This document shows positions 1 through 13,877 of a stretch of 64,000 nt of DNA, piece after piece; the stretch's first letter is position 1; each line of letters opens with the position of its first letter. Made by a program: the position numbers and the translations under genes. Under the pieces are notes generated by a model. It was given only the letters and a program-made list of their open reading frames with translations. It searched no databases and was not told the DNA's origin. The DNA is from Eledone cirrhosa (taxonomy: Eukaryota), in NCBI GenBank assembly GCA_964016885.1, contig OZ024740.1, forward strand, positions 266,228,001-266,292,000, given 5' to 3'.

Positions 1-884
1 TATTTTGATAATATATACAGCCTTGTTACACATTGTGTTAAATTGAATTTCAACATAAAATTACATTATGGGTACACGTGTCTATGAAAAGCTCACCTAC
101 TTGCACATTATGCAGACGATTCCTTTGTTCGAACAACTGGAACACTCGTCGCCAGAACCGATGGAGATCCAACGATTGTGTGTATAGATGTATTTACGTA
201 TCTATACATAATTTCTTGTATGACGAACAGTCCCTGCGGTTCCACAGCCATTACCAGCAAACAACACACTTGGGAGAATGTCTCTATCTAGTCCAATTTC
301 TTCATTTAAATAGTTGGAAACTTTACAACGTGCGTCTTGTTCCCAAGTAAACCAGTTTAGTTGAACTTACGAACTAAGGAAGTATTTATTTTTACTTCAA
401 AAATCTCAAACATAATGGAAAAAAAATCATTTAAAAACATCTTCATCAGCGCGTAACCCTCGACAAGCCAACAAGGGAGCCCCTGCACTGTAACTCGACT
501 TGTTAGAAATAGCAACCAAATTTCATTCAAATCACAACCTAATTCTTAAAAAAACACAAGGAATCAATGGTTAAGGTAGTCCCTGGTTCTTTTGCTGATT
601 TCAATCATTAGATGGTGATTATGCATTGAAGAGATTTAGTCGAATTCAGCGCTAATTTTGTTTCAAGTATGGTACTTATTTTATCAATCAGTTTGGGGAA
701 TACGCACACGCACACACACACACACACACACGATGGGTGCAAACTCTGCTAAGAGTATTGCAATCGCTTGTCAGATTATAGAGTTTGGTGCACTTTTAGG
801 CTACGGTCAGCCATACGAACCTGTAACATATCCTTAACAAACAGTGCCTGTGCTTTGAAGGTTTTTTTAAGAGGCGAAAGGCCT

Positions 885-959
885 TGCACTCGACCAATCC
901 CACTCTCTGATCATCGAAAACGCTAACCGAAAAGGAGAACTGGTCAACATCATCGGATG
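885..959 (-). mobile_element. RTE-like 5' UTR remnant, left part (split by the Gypsy)
   Basis: Similar to 10343-10413 (ccaatc.cactctctga...aaccgaaaag.agaa...tcaacatca); the similarity resumes at 4743. Confidence 0.6.
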
Positions 960-1408
960 TTTAGTGGGTTGGTCATAGGGTTATTTACTCCAGTAAATAC
1001 CACTGCATGCCAACCACTAATTTAATTTGAAAGAAGATATAGAAGAACTTTTATGTAATTTTCCTTGGTTAGAATTATCTCTCTACATTTGAAGTAATAA
1101 TTGAAGCATGACGAATATCTCAAAACCAGTATCAATAACAATTGGTATTTATTGTAGTGCGTGCATTACAATTTGGTAACAGACGTACCTTGTTACATGA
1201 TAGAAGTGTAATCCTGAAATACAAGATAGGGTTAGTAAAAGCTTAACATATTTGTGCTCGGTGTGGTCAGTTCGAGAGCCTGTTACCAAAGAGAGAGATT
1301 GCCCTTTTCTCTTTCTTTTATAATACCTGGAACGGAAGTTCAAGGAATGTTCTAGAAATTCTACGGGAAGTAACTCTAGCTACTTCCCTTTGTCTAGAGA
1401 GCGCTACA
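960..1408 (-). repeat. 3' LTR
   Basis: Direct repeat of 4335-4742 (tttagtgggttgg...gagagcgctaca); minus strand starts TGTAGCG. Confidence 0.92.
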
Positions 1409-1781
1409 GGTCTCACCTCTCAGACGAGAAGTCGAAAAACCAACCGAAGGTCATTGTAGCGAGAACCCGTAAGAAATGAGGAGCAAAGCAAGGGTACAAG
1501 AAAGTGCATGAATAAAACATGAGCTCGCAATTAAAGCAAATAGCAAAAAAGCACAAAACAAGTAAATGCATTTTACAAAGAAAAAAATAAATGTAACAAA
1601 ACTGATAATTCAAAGGTAACATAAAGGAACAGAGAAAAATTAATGCTCAATGGTAAGTTCAAAGTTTTTTCAGAATCAAATAGTTCATACATCACCAGTG
1701 TACAGACTTTTCTGACACTAATTCTATCTGAAACTGAAAAGAGTTTCTTAATGCCACTAGGGGTTAAATGTATTTAGTTTT

Positions 1782-4300
1782 TTACAATTTACGTGGCCAT
1801 TTTACTGTTCTGCCACTTCGTGTGACATAAGGTTGTGTGGTATGTGGTGTTTGCGGTGGAGGTGAAGGTGTTGGTGTGGGAGTGAATGTACGAGGTGTAT
1901 CAAGCATTGAAATGAGACTTTCAGAGAAAGCCCTCTTTGCTCTGTCAATGGATATTGTCTCTTTTCTACCATTGACAGCCACTGTGAAATATTTTGGTGT
2001 GTGCGAATGCACACGAAAAGGTCCATTATAGGGTGACGTAAGCGGCCCCTTGACGGAATCATTCCATATAAAAATGTGTGGCCACGTAGAGATGTCCGAT
2101 GGAACAGCAGAAGAAATAGACTGGGCACGAGGGTTCATTGGTGGAAGATCCGAGAAGTAAGAATGAATCCTGGTGACATATGATGCTGGGTCAAGATGCG
2201 ATGAATCCACCGGTACTAACATTTGACCAGGAGAGAGTCAAGTGGTACCATAAAGAAGTTCAGAAGAAGAGAAACATAAAAAATGTGTCTTAACGGCAGA
2301 ACGGCAACCAAGAAGCACGATTGGTAAAAATTCGGTCCAACGTTGCGGATCAGGAGTAGCGCGGAGTGCAGCTTTCAACAGTCTGTGAAACCCCTCCACC
2401 TTTCCGTTGGAGGCTGGGTGATAGCTGGTCGTATGAATGTGACGAGCACCCAAAAGTCGTGATATTTCACGAAATAAGGAGGCCTCGAACTGACGTCCCC
2501 GATCCGTGGTTATTTTAGAAGGAACACCAAAGCGAGCAACACAATTGGAAATGAAAGCTCGAGAAACGGACTCGGCTGTTATGTCCACTAGGAGTATGGC
2601 TTCAGGCCACCGAGAGAAACGATCGATACAGGTCAATATATATGTGAACCCACGACTAACGGGCCAAGGACCAACAATATCCATGTGAATGTGACGGAAA
2701 CGAGCGTCCGGTGGGCTGAATTTACCAAGAGGAGCGCGAACATGCCGATGAACCTTAGAGCGCTGATACTGCAAACAAGAACGTGCCCAACCGGTGATTA
2801 AACGACGCATGTTGGGCCAGAAAATTCGGGCCGTGATGAGCTTCACCGTGGCAGCTATGCCGGGATGCGACAAGGAATGAAGTGCATCAAAAATGGTACG
2901 CTGATGACAATCTGGAACAAGTGGTCTGGGTGAGCCAGTAGAAATGTCGCAAAGAATTTTCCCTTCAGCAGACGGAAGAGGTAAATATTCAAATTTACAG
3001 CAGGAAAACTGGGTGGAATAAGTATCCAGAGAATCCAAAGAAGGTTGGTCAGTCGCAATAGCAAATAAATATGTGCAGGAGACGCAAGGGAGCACACAGG
3101 GAGTCTATACAGTGCGTCCGCAGGTACGTTGGCAGCTCCAGCTATATGACGAATGTCACTGGTGTACTGGGAGATGAAACCCAAATGCCTGTATGACCTC
3201 AGAGAGTAACTGTCGGATTTGGATTGAAGAGCGAATGTGAGTGGTTTATGGTCTGTGAATGCCATGAACTTTCGACCTTCAAGAAGATGGTGGAAGTGTC
3301 TCCCAGCAAGATAAACTGCTAAAAGCTCTCTGTCAAAAGTACTGTAACGTTGCTCTGCTGGTTTTAGTTGGCGTGAGAAAAACGCCAGTGGTTGAAACTG
3401 GTGGTTGATTGTATGTTGCAAGACTGCTCCGACAGCATGATCGGATGCATCGACTGTTAAGGATAGCCTAGCGTTCGCAAAAGGATGAGCCAGAAAGGAA
3501 ACTTTAGCTATTTCGGACTTGACGGATTCAAAAGACTGCAAAGCATCGGCAGAAAGTGAAGTGGGGCATCTTTCTTTTTCGCAGCCTTTAAAAACTGTAT
3601 CAGGGGAAACAACTTGTCCGCACAGTTAGGAATGAAACGACGATAAAAGTTGATTAATCCTAAGAAATGACGTAACTGCCTTAGATGGCAGAGGTCGAAT
3701 GCCTTCTGAATCTATCAGATGTCCTAGGAATTCCAGTGAAGCTGTACCAAACACACATTTAGCTGGGTTGAATCTGACCTGGTACGATTGAAGACGTTGA
3801 AATAACTGAGATAGATGTTGCTGATGATGTTCAGCTGTGTCGCTGGCTATCAGGAGGTCATCCACATAAGCAAACACGAAATACAATCCACGCATGACTT
3901 CATCGCTAAAACGTTGGAACGTGCTAGAGGCATTCCGCAAACCAAAAGGCATGGACAGGAATTCAAATGAACCAAAGGAGGTATCACGGCTGTCTTTGGT
4001 ATGTCTTCTAGATTCATGGGTATTTGGTGGTAAGCACGTACTAGATCTATTTTGGAAAATATCGTGCATCCGTGCAGAACGCATGAAAAATCCTGTAGGT
4101 TGGGTAAAGGATAACGATCAGGTGTGGTGATAGCGTTAAGTATTCGGTAAACTCCTACCGGTCTAAAATCTGCCTCACCCTTTCGAGCCAAGTGCAGTGG
4201 AGATGCCCATGGGCTGGTGGAAGGTTGTATTTGACTGAGCTGGAGCATGTTCTCGAACTCGTCTCGGGCTTTTTTTAGTCTATCCGTAGCCAACCTTCAG
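1782..4300 (-). pseudogene. pol: Gypsy pol (RT, RNase H, integrase, GPY/F), frameshifted
   Basis: SPWASPLHL, DRYPLP, KIDLVRAYHQIP, MPFGLRNA, YVDDLL, TVDASD, FDRELLA, TDHKPL, HPGIAAT, HMDIVGP, DRFSRW, TDRGRQF, YNGPFRV, TRSGRTV across ORFs 3850-4293, 3626-4084, 2855-3541, 2238-3095, 1782-2222. Confidence 0.95.
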
Positions 4301-4320
4301 GAGAAATGTTTATGTTCAAA

Positions 4321-4333
4321 GGTCGGGTCACCA
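4321..4333 (-). promoter_or_regulatory. Primer binding site, tRNA-Trp-like
   Basis: Minus strand TGGTGACCCGACC, 1 nt after the 5' LTR; resembles the complement of the tRNA-Trp 3' end (..GTCGGGGTCACCA). Confidence 0.75.
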
Positions 4334-4334
4334 C

Positions 4335-4742
4335 TTTAGTGGGTTGGTCATAGGTTTATTTACTCCAGTAAATACCACTGCATGCCAACCACTAATTTAA
4401 TTTGAAAGAAGATATAGAAGAACTTTTATGGTATTTTCCTAATTGAAGCATGACGAATATCTCAAAACCAGTATCAATAACAATTGGTATTTATTGTAGT
4501 GCGTGCATTACAATTTGGTAACAAACGTACCTTGTTACATGATAGAAGTGAAATACAAGATAGGATTAGTAAAAGCTTAACATATTTGTGCTCGGTGTGG
4601 TCAGTTCGAGAGCCTGTTGCCAAAGAGAGAGATTGCTCTTTTCTCTTTCTTTTATAATACCTGGAACGGAAGTTCAAGGAATGTTCTAGAAATTTTACAG
4701 GAAGTAACTCTAGCTACTTCCCTTTGTCTAGAGAGCGCTACA
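4335..4742 (-). repeat. 5' LTR
   Basis: Near-identical to 960-1408 except an ~33-bp and an ~8-bp deletion plus scattered substitutions. Confidence 0.92.
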
Positions 4743-5030
4743 GATTCTTCCGAAGCTGCAGGGTTTTTTTCAAAGATTCCCTCTCTTAGAAAGGTGTTGT
4801 AACAACAACTGGGGGCCTTTCACTCCCAGGTGAAAAAAGAAAGTACTATTTGGATGGCCATTGACTCTGCTGAGTTTATTAGGCCTTGTATTTCATCCCG
4901 CAGGTTGTCCAAATATCATCCTCTTCACCAAGCAAGCTTGGTGGGGTTGGCGGTTTAGTCGCCGACGACCCGACCATAGGACAGGTTGTACTGGGTTATA
5001 TGTTACCAGTAGCACTCGAGAGCGACCTGA
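4743..5030 (-). mobile_element. RTE-like 5' UTR remnant, continuation
   Basis: 4743-4830 resembles 10415-10520 (gc.gcagg...tct..tagaa...tcactcccag); GC-rich hairpin-forming segment to 5030, probably continued at 6351-6396. Confidence 0.55.
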
Positions 5031-5107
5031 AATAATATGTATGCATACATACATACATACATACATACATACATACATACATACATACATACATACATAC
5101 ATACATG

Positions 5108-6292
5108 TTATAACTCGCAAACTTCTCAGTGTTACTGGGAACTTTAACATCAATGGTGATGTGGATAGGCTATACTTCTTACGCAAGGAAGGTGGCCGAG
5201 GTCTAAAATCCATATTAACAACATATGAGACCCGGATAGTAACACTGAAGCAACACCTTCAACAGAGGAAAAAGGTTGGCAATCATCTTGCCCAGGTTTA
5301 TGAGCATGAAAAAAAATATCATTAGAATAGCGACTGATCTGGAGGAGAGATATGGAATAAAGCCTGATATAAATCTCTCACCCAGAGAAATTGGAAGATC
5401 CTATTCAATGTTCAAACAAGATTTAAAAAATTGACCAATTTACAGAAAAAGTTGTGCATGGATACTTGAGGCGTAAAACACAGACCATAGAGGGGATAGA
5501 CCACTCAAAAAGCCTGGCATGGAGTTCCGACAAGTTTATGACATCACACCTTGAGGGATATCTCTATGCAATACAGGAACAAGAACTCTCTACCAAATAT
5601 CTGCTGCACAAAAGAGGAGGGCCAGCAGCTGGCAATAAATGTAAGCTATGTAAAACAAAGATCGAGGATGTAAGCCACATTGTTGCCAGCTGCGAAAGAA
5701 TGTCATCTCGCTACTACCTCCCCATGAGACACGATGGGATAGCTAGAACCATCTGGAACGCACTTCGGAAAACAAAATCAACAACAAACGAGGAAGAATA
5801 TATTGAGACAGATGGCACTAAGGAATACTGGTGGAACCTGAAAATAAAAACTGCCACCAAATTAAAGCACAGCCGGCTTGATATTGTTGTTTGGGACCAC
5901 ACATTGAAAACGTGTTCTGTTGTGGAGATCAGCTGCCCACTTTATGTAAACGTTGTCAGAAAAATACAGGAGAAGGAGGACATCTACGGACCATTGATGA
6001 GAAGTTTACAAATCCAGTATCCAAGATACACCTTTAGCTTCATACCCATCATTATTGGAGCTACGGGTTATATACCAACCCGCTTGGGCCAGAGTATGAC
6101 TGAACTTGGATTTGCGGACAAAAAGCGCAGCTCCCTAATTCATAGTCTAGAAATGGCTGCGATAGCTGACACCTTCAAACTTTGCAAAACATTCTTGCGA
6201 TTCAAGGGATGACAATTTCTTTTCTTTTACAATCTTGCCACCAGGAAGGTGGCCGGTCAAAAAAATATACTCGAAATTAAGAGAAGAGATAA
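5108..6292 (+). mobile_element. 5'-truncated RLE-type LINE (R4/Dong-like) within (CATA)n
   Basis: DVDRLYFLRKEGGRGL (RT end), CCHC CKLC..HIVASC, RHD, RLDIVVWD..VEISCP (PD-D/ExK-like endonuclease); ORF pieces 5108-5325 and 5454-6212; (CATA)n at 5044-5106 and 6293-6350. Confidence 0.88.
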
Positions 6293-6656
6293 CATACATA
6301 CATACATACATACATACATACATACATACATACATACATACATACATACATGATAATGGCTGCCCCCCTCGTTATCGAGTATGGCCATTGCACGAGGAGA
6401 AAAAAAATTAATAAATAAAGAAAAAAGAAAATAAAATTTAAAAAAAAGAAATATATATATATATATATACACACATACATATATACACACATATATATAT
6501 ATATACACACATATACATTAATAACAATAATAATAATAATAATAACAACAATAATAATAACGACAACAACAACAATAATAATATACATATACCTATATAT
6601 ATACACACACGCACACACATAAACATATCTATACACACACACACACACGATAGCAA

Positions 6657-9600
6657 CTAACAGCGCTGCGATCGAATGTGGCTTTTTAGCCCAGCCAATG
6701 ATCTAAAATGTCTTGCACAGAGTCAGCACCCAAAACATTCACTGGGATTAGCCGGCTGTGGTTGGAGTTCATGTACTTTGCATGTCGCTTGAGCCCTCCC
6801 GCTGCTATACATTCTCTACCACATGCTTGGCAAGCATGATGAGTAGCATCTCCAACAGCAACCTGGTAGCCAACCACTGGTCTTACTTTATGACTGCGAA
6901 GATGACTTTCGAGTTCAGCTTTGCTTAGGCAGAGTCTCGCACAGACGCTGCATGTCAGCACCATAGGAGGACCCTCGCCGTCTGGAAGTGCAACAGCAAT
7001 GCCCTTCCTCACATACCGCTTTACTTTCTCGTATGCGATTCGAGATGCCTCAAAGGCAACTTTTCCCTCATATACAGTCTTTCTCCATTTATTACGATCA
7101 GCAGCAATATTTTCCCATGTACCAGCAGAGATGTTAGCGTCTTTCAAAGAGGCTTTCACGGAATCCTTATACCTCTTTTTTGGTTTATGTGGCGGTCGTT
7201 TTCCTTTAACCAACTCTCCATAAAAGAGTTGTTTTGGTATTCTAGAATCCTTCATCCTGGCAAGGTGACCACTCCAACGGAGTCGTTGCTTAAGCACAAG
7301 AGCTTCTATACTGTCACACATAAAGCTTTCCAAAATCTCGACATCACTGATGTGGTCCCTCCAGTGAACGCCATGGATCCGTCTGAGACACATCTGATGG
7401 AAACGCTCCAATTGCTTAAGGTGGTGTCGATATGTGACCCAGGTCTCGCAGGCATAAAGAAGACAAGAGAGCACACATGCCTTGTACACCTTTACCTTTG
7501 TCCTCCTGCATATGTCTCGCCGACCCCAGAGTCGCCTTTCTAGCTTTCCGAAAGCATCACTTGCTTTCCTAATCCTAAGTGAGATTTCACTGTCAAGGTT
7601 GCTGTATCGATTGACAGTGCTTCCCAGGTAGACAAACTGATCAACCACTCCAAGTCGTTTACCATACACATAGATATTTGGTTCAGTGTACTGCTTACCA
7701 GGGGCAGGTTGGTACATGACGACTGTTTTCTTGAGACTGACAGTCAATCCTAGAGCAGTGCAAGCGTCAAAAAATGCATTCAAAATGTGCTGCATATTAC
7801 TCTGTGTGCGCTACAAGATCGCAATCATCTGCATACAAGAGGTCTCTTATGATTGATGTAAATACTTTTGTCTTTGCAGCAAAGCGCCTGATGTTAAATA
7901 TGCTGCCTGAGGTTCGATATCGGATGTAAACACCATGCTCGCAATTCCTGAATGCAATACAGAAAACTATTGCAAAGTATATGGCAAACAGGGTCGGTGC
8001 TGGAATATCCCCCTGTTTCACTCCATTTTTTACTGAGATAGGCTCCGACATGTTACCTCCGACATTAACCCAAGCCTTCATGTCGTCATGGAAAGACCTA
8101 ACTAAAGCAAGGAACTTATCAGGGCAACCAAGTTTCTGGAGAACCTTCCATAATGCATCTCTGTTAACAGTATCGAAAGCTTTTGTCAGATCGACAAAAA
8201 CCTGATGCAGATCCAAACCTTGTTCCATTAACTTCTCCTGGAGCTGTCTAGCTGAGAAGATCATATCAGTAGTGCCGCGTCCAGCACGAAAACCATATTG
8301 ACTTTCAGGAAGAACACAATCTGCAATGTGTGTCAGCAGACGGTCCAGAAGCACCCTACATAAAACTTTCCCTACGACAGAAAGCAATGATATACCTCTG
8401 TAGTTCCCACAATCATTCCTGTTACCCTTTCCCTTGTACAAGACCACCATTACTGCATCTCTCCAGTCCTCAGGTACGGATTCATTAGCCCATATCCTGC
8501 CAAACAAAGAGTGAAGATGTTGCAGGAGTCTCTCACCACCATATTGTAGGAGCTCAGCATGTATGCCATCCATACCTGGAGACCTTCCACTGTTCAGCTT
8601 CGAGATAGCCACTGCAACCTCCACAGGCGTCGGAGGTTCTGCGAGAGCTTCTTTCACAGGACTTTCTGGAATGAGATTGAGGAAATCTTCACTGACGACA
8701 GACGGCTGATTCAAAAGATCATCAAAGTGCTCTCGCCACCTTCGTAGAATTCCTTGTGAGTCACGAAGAAGTTCTTTGCCATCCTTGCTGCGAAGCGGTG
8801 TCACCAGAGAAGAAGACGGTCCATAAACCTCACGCAAGAGACTGTACAACTGCTTTGTGTTATTGGAATCTGACGCAGTTTGTATCTCACCAGCCTTCTC
8901 ACTCCACCACTGATCCTTCATCTGAGAAAGACTCCGCCTAACACGTGATTTTACATCCTTGAGTTCCTCATGCAACGTATTCCTCTCCTGTGGTTCTGCC
9001 GTCAAGTAGCATGACAGAGCACGCCTCTTATCAGCCAACAAGTCTTCTATATGTACATCATTCTCATTAAACCAGTCCTGATGTTTTCTCTGCACCAATC
9101 CCAGAACATCATAAACTGACCTTGTACATCATAAACTGACTTTTTAAGGGTCGGCCAATCCTCACCCAGATCTGCAGCCTGCATCTCTTCTTCCAATGTC
9201 CTCTTCACATTTTTATCCTTAAGACGAGCAACATTCAATCTTTTGGGCAGGGCAACACCAGGAGCCCAGATTTTACGTTTAGTGATTAGTTTCACTTTTG
9301 CGCGTACCAGGCGGTGGTCCGTCCAGCACTCAGCTCCACGAAGAGCACGAACACACTGCACATCCTGTCTGTCACGCATCCTGACTAGGACGTAGTCCAA
9401 AAGATGCCATTCCTTAGATGCAGGATGCATCCATGTGGTCTTGAATTTCTTCTTTTGTTGGAACATGGTGTTGGTAACACACAGATCCATCTCCTCACGC
9501 ATCTGCAGCAGGAGCATACCATTGTTGTTACACTTTCCGACCCCATGCCTTCCAATTACATTCCATGTGTTAAAATCCCTACCCACTCTAGCATTAAAGT

Positions 9601-10570
9601 CACCAAGCACGATAACTTTGTCTGCCTGAGGGATATTTCTTAAAACACCTTTCAAGGCATGGTAAAAGGACACTTTTTCTTCATCGACAGAATTCATAGT
9701 TGGAGCATACACACTCACCAGGGTCGCATATCTTCCTTTGTCCAGTGGAACTCTCATGGACATAAGACGCTCACTAATCCCTACTGGGAATTCTTCTAAT
9801 TTATTCACAAGAACAGTTTTAACAGCGAATCCTACCCCAGCCTCTCTTCTGGTTCCGTCATCCCTTCTTTTCCAGAAGAATGTATATTCTCCACAAAATT
9901 CTGTAAGATGACCATCTCCAGCTAACCTCGTCTCAGATAAAGCCACGATGTCAAGATCGTAACGTCGAAGCTCCTTTGCAACAAGAGCGGTCCTTTGTTC
10001 AGGACGCTCCAAGGAATCCCTGTCAAGCAGCGTCCGTACGTTCCAGTAGCCAAGATTAAATGCCTTGTTTGGCTCTATTATAATGGCACGATGACGAGCG
10101 GGCCCAGGCTGTGACAACCTGGGGCCCATGCCCTTATTGCCAATTATCTTTTTTGTTCCAGAACCTAAATTGCCAATTATCTCTTTTATATTGTTCTGGA
10201 ACATCATTGAATTGGAAAAAAAAAAAAAAAAAGTAATAATAATAGTAACAATAATAATAATAATAATACACTATTAATAATTATTAATGCACTCGTGCAA
10301 TGCCTGTGCATGACGAATATTTTTAAAGTGGGGAAGGACTGTGCACTGAGCCAATCTCACTCTCTGAGTGACAGTAGCTATAACCCGAAAAGAAGAAAAG
10401 ATCAACATCATTGGTAACTACTGAGCCGCAGGTTTTATGTCGGAGTTAACCCAGTTTCCTGAGATGCCTTCTCCTAGAAGAATGCCCTGACAAGGGCTAG
10501 GGGTTCTTCACTCCCAGTGGTTTAACTGCGTGATCGGGCATCCAGCCCGATTATTTCTATGTCCCCGCGC
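6657..10570 (-). mobile_element. RTE (BovB-like) LINE, near full-length, frameshifted
   Basis: APE: WNVRTL, ALSETRL, SVYAPT, LGDFNARVG, LLDYVLV, TDHRLV. RT: GNYRGISLL, QYGFRAGR, FVDLTKAFDTV, GVKQG, LLYADD, RLRWSGH. C-terminal C2H2 motifs. GC-rich 5' UTR about 10300-10570. Confidence 0.95.
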
Positions 10571-10819
10571 AAGAAAAAACAAAAAAAAAAACTCACTTAT
10601 TGACACTTATACGTACGACATACACACACGCGCATACATACGCGCGCACACACACGCATACATATGCGCGCACACAGCAACACTCATACATACAAACAAA
10701 CACAGATACGCTACTCTCACACACACACATATATTTATATATTACCGTCATTACTGATACACGATTACAAGATTATGTCAAGTGTTGACTTTCAAGAGTT
10801 TGTATAGTTGAAGCCGTTC

Positions 10820-11075
10820 GTAGCCTTTCATCCTTACGAGGTCGATAAAATAAAGTACCAGTAATGCACTGGGTAATTGCTGGCCTTGTGCCTAAAGTAG
10901 AAACAATTATTATAATTGCTTTACAGCATAGAGCTATGGCTCTCCACGCTCTGAGCTCAAACCCCGCCGAGGTCAACCTTGCCTTTCATCCCCACGGAGT
11001 CAACAAAAGAGAGTACCAGTAATGCGCTGGACCAGTGGCTGGATCCGTGCCAAAAGCAGAACAATTATTATTATT
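10820..11075 (+). mobile_element. Two tandem partial tRNA-derived SINEs
   Basis: gcctttcatcc..cg.ggtcgataaaataaagtaccagt central domain (Nin/Deu-like) and ..aaagtagaaacaattatta tail shared with other copies in the window. Confidence 0.8.
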
Positions 11076-11533
11076 AAAGTTGTTTTCTTAAGGCCCGGTC
11101 GCTGGTGATGGTGATGGCGGTGGTGGTGGTGGTGGTGGTGGTGGTGTCAGTTGATGTTGTTGTTGTGTTGTGTGCGTGTGTGTGTGTGTTTTGTTATTTT
11201 GAGTTTTTTGTTTGTTTGTGGTTTTTTTTTTATTTTTAACGTTTGATGCCGCTGTTGTTGTAAATGTTCATTTCAATTCATTCTGAAGCTGTTGTTGCTG
11301 TAAACATTAGCGCCGGTGTTGTTGTTGTAGATATTGGGGTTGAAATCTGGTCGTTTGACTAAGTGATGTATATACACACATATACATACATATATATATA
11401 TGTAGAAATTCTATTTAAATTGTTGGGATACAACAAGCAAATATTTTTATAACTGATATAAAGCACTCAACAAATTATTGGAGTAAAAATACGATATATG
11501 AACAAATGGAAACTATATTTATAAAACCATATT

Positions 11534-11598
11534 TATTTCATTATACATATTTCAAGGACACGAAGTTAAATTATGGGGTGCTTTCATCAGATAAAATA
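11534..11598 (-). ncRNA. Type I hammerhead ribozyme, family A
   Basis: TATTTTAT-CTGATGA-AAGCAC..GTGTCCTT-GAAA-TATGTATA-ATGAAATA; 8-bp stem I, minimal quasi-palindromic stem III, AUA triplet. Confidence 0.72.
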
Positions 11599-12690
11599 TA
11601 ATATAGATCAGTTTTATAAATAAATATTGACATACCCTTAAAGAATGCGACCATTTCTGTTGGAAGCTCCTGGATAGTGAGGTTATAAATTTATTTATAC
11701 TATTATGCAAATTAGTGTCGGATATTTTAAAATCACAGTAGATTTAAAATAAGCCGTTGGGGTATGGAGAAAGGGAAAGAAAAGAAAGACAAAAAAGAGA
11801 AAAAAGAAAAAAAGAAGAAAAATGAGCAAACTCTAAGAGGAAAATAAGAAAACAAGAAAAAGAGAAAAAGAGAAAGAGAAAAGAGAAGAAAAAAAGAAAA
11901 GAGAAAAGAGAAAAGAGAAAGAGAAAGAGAAAGCTCTAAGTGATAGGTTGTTGTATTAGCGTAACTTTTAAGATGAAGTGAAAAAATAAATATTTATTGG
12001 ATGAGTAGAGAAGAGTAAATAAGCGTGAATGGAAAATAATAACAGGAGAATTTTAACCAGTGTTTAAAATTAAATTATCCGTTAAATTATTGAGATCTAT
12101 ACGTTAAAAATTTAGATCTATATATTATTAAAAAATCTATATATTATTAAACCTATATTATTAAAAAATCTATATATTATTAAAAGAATATATTCATATA
12201 TATACATACGCGCACATACATATATATACATATAAATATATATATATACCTACAAATACATACATATACATACATACAATAAAGGACTTTTTATATTTAA
12301 GATATAGGAATTTTTCTAAATTATAGATTTTTCGGAGAAATCGGAGAAAAAACCGGAGAAAAACATTTCTATGTAATAGCAAAACAGCGTGAATGAAATT
12401 AAGTTATTTACTTATATCAAATGTTATAAATGTTAAGATAATAAAGGAAATTTAAGATTATACAAACCTTATGTTATTATACAAGCCTTATATTATTTAA
12501 TAAATTTTATAAATTGTCTATCTAATAAATCCACCTGTTATGTAGTTGTGAGTGTTATTATATAAGTTTGTTTTCACGAACCTTATGAAAACCCTTATAA
12601 CCGAGTGCATTCGAATTGTATGCATATATATATGTACACAAACCCCCACATAGATACACGTAGACATACATACACATACAGGTAGATATG

Positions 12691-13513
<823 letters not shown>

Positions 13514-13877
13514 ATAAATATACGGTACATAGTATAATTGAAGTACATAATATATAAAATAAAATAAAAATGAATTATATTACGATTTGGAAATATATTC
13601 TTACAATTATAAGCAATATAACTTTAAAGCAATATAATTTTAAAAAATATTAGAGAATATTTTAAGATATAATTTTAAAATAAGAATATGTCTAAAAAAT
13701 TCAGTATAAAAATTTAAATTTTTTTTATATAATATTTAACTCTCAGTATGTCAGTATCTTTAGCTTAATTTTTATTACCATATGGGAAATTTTCAAAAAA
13801 AAAAAAAAAAAAAAAAAAAAGAAAGAGAAACTTTCAATAGAGAAACTTTCAAAAATAGGAGTAACTTTTTAAAAAAG

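Larger units (their letters stand above)
960..4742 (-). mobile_element. Ty3/Gypsy LTR retrotransposon (CsRn1-like), gag/protease-deleted, degenerate
   Basis: Two LTRs (960-1408, 4335-4742), PBS next to the 5' LTR, purine-rich PPT-like tract at 1409-1421, fragmented pol, imperfect 4-bp TSD GATG/GATT. Confidence 0.93.

Noticed and set aside
97-365. Possible minus-strand exon (GTAGGTGAG donor-like site at about 92-100) and ORF 78-350
   Set aside because: Stops in all minus frames, no clear acceptor, no recognisable protein motif
444-450. Isolated CTGANGA matches (also 22308, 25026, 28233, 62843)
   Set aside because: No appropriately placed GAAA or stem I/III pairing; 24978-25060 may be decayed HHRs but cannot be supported
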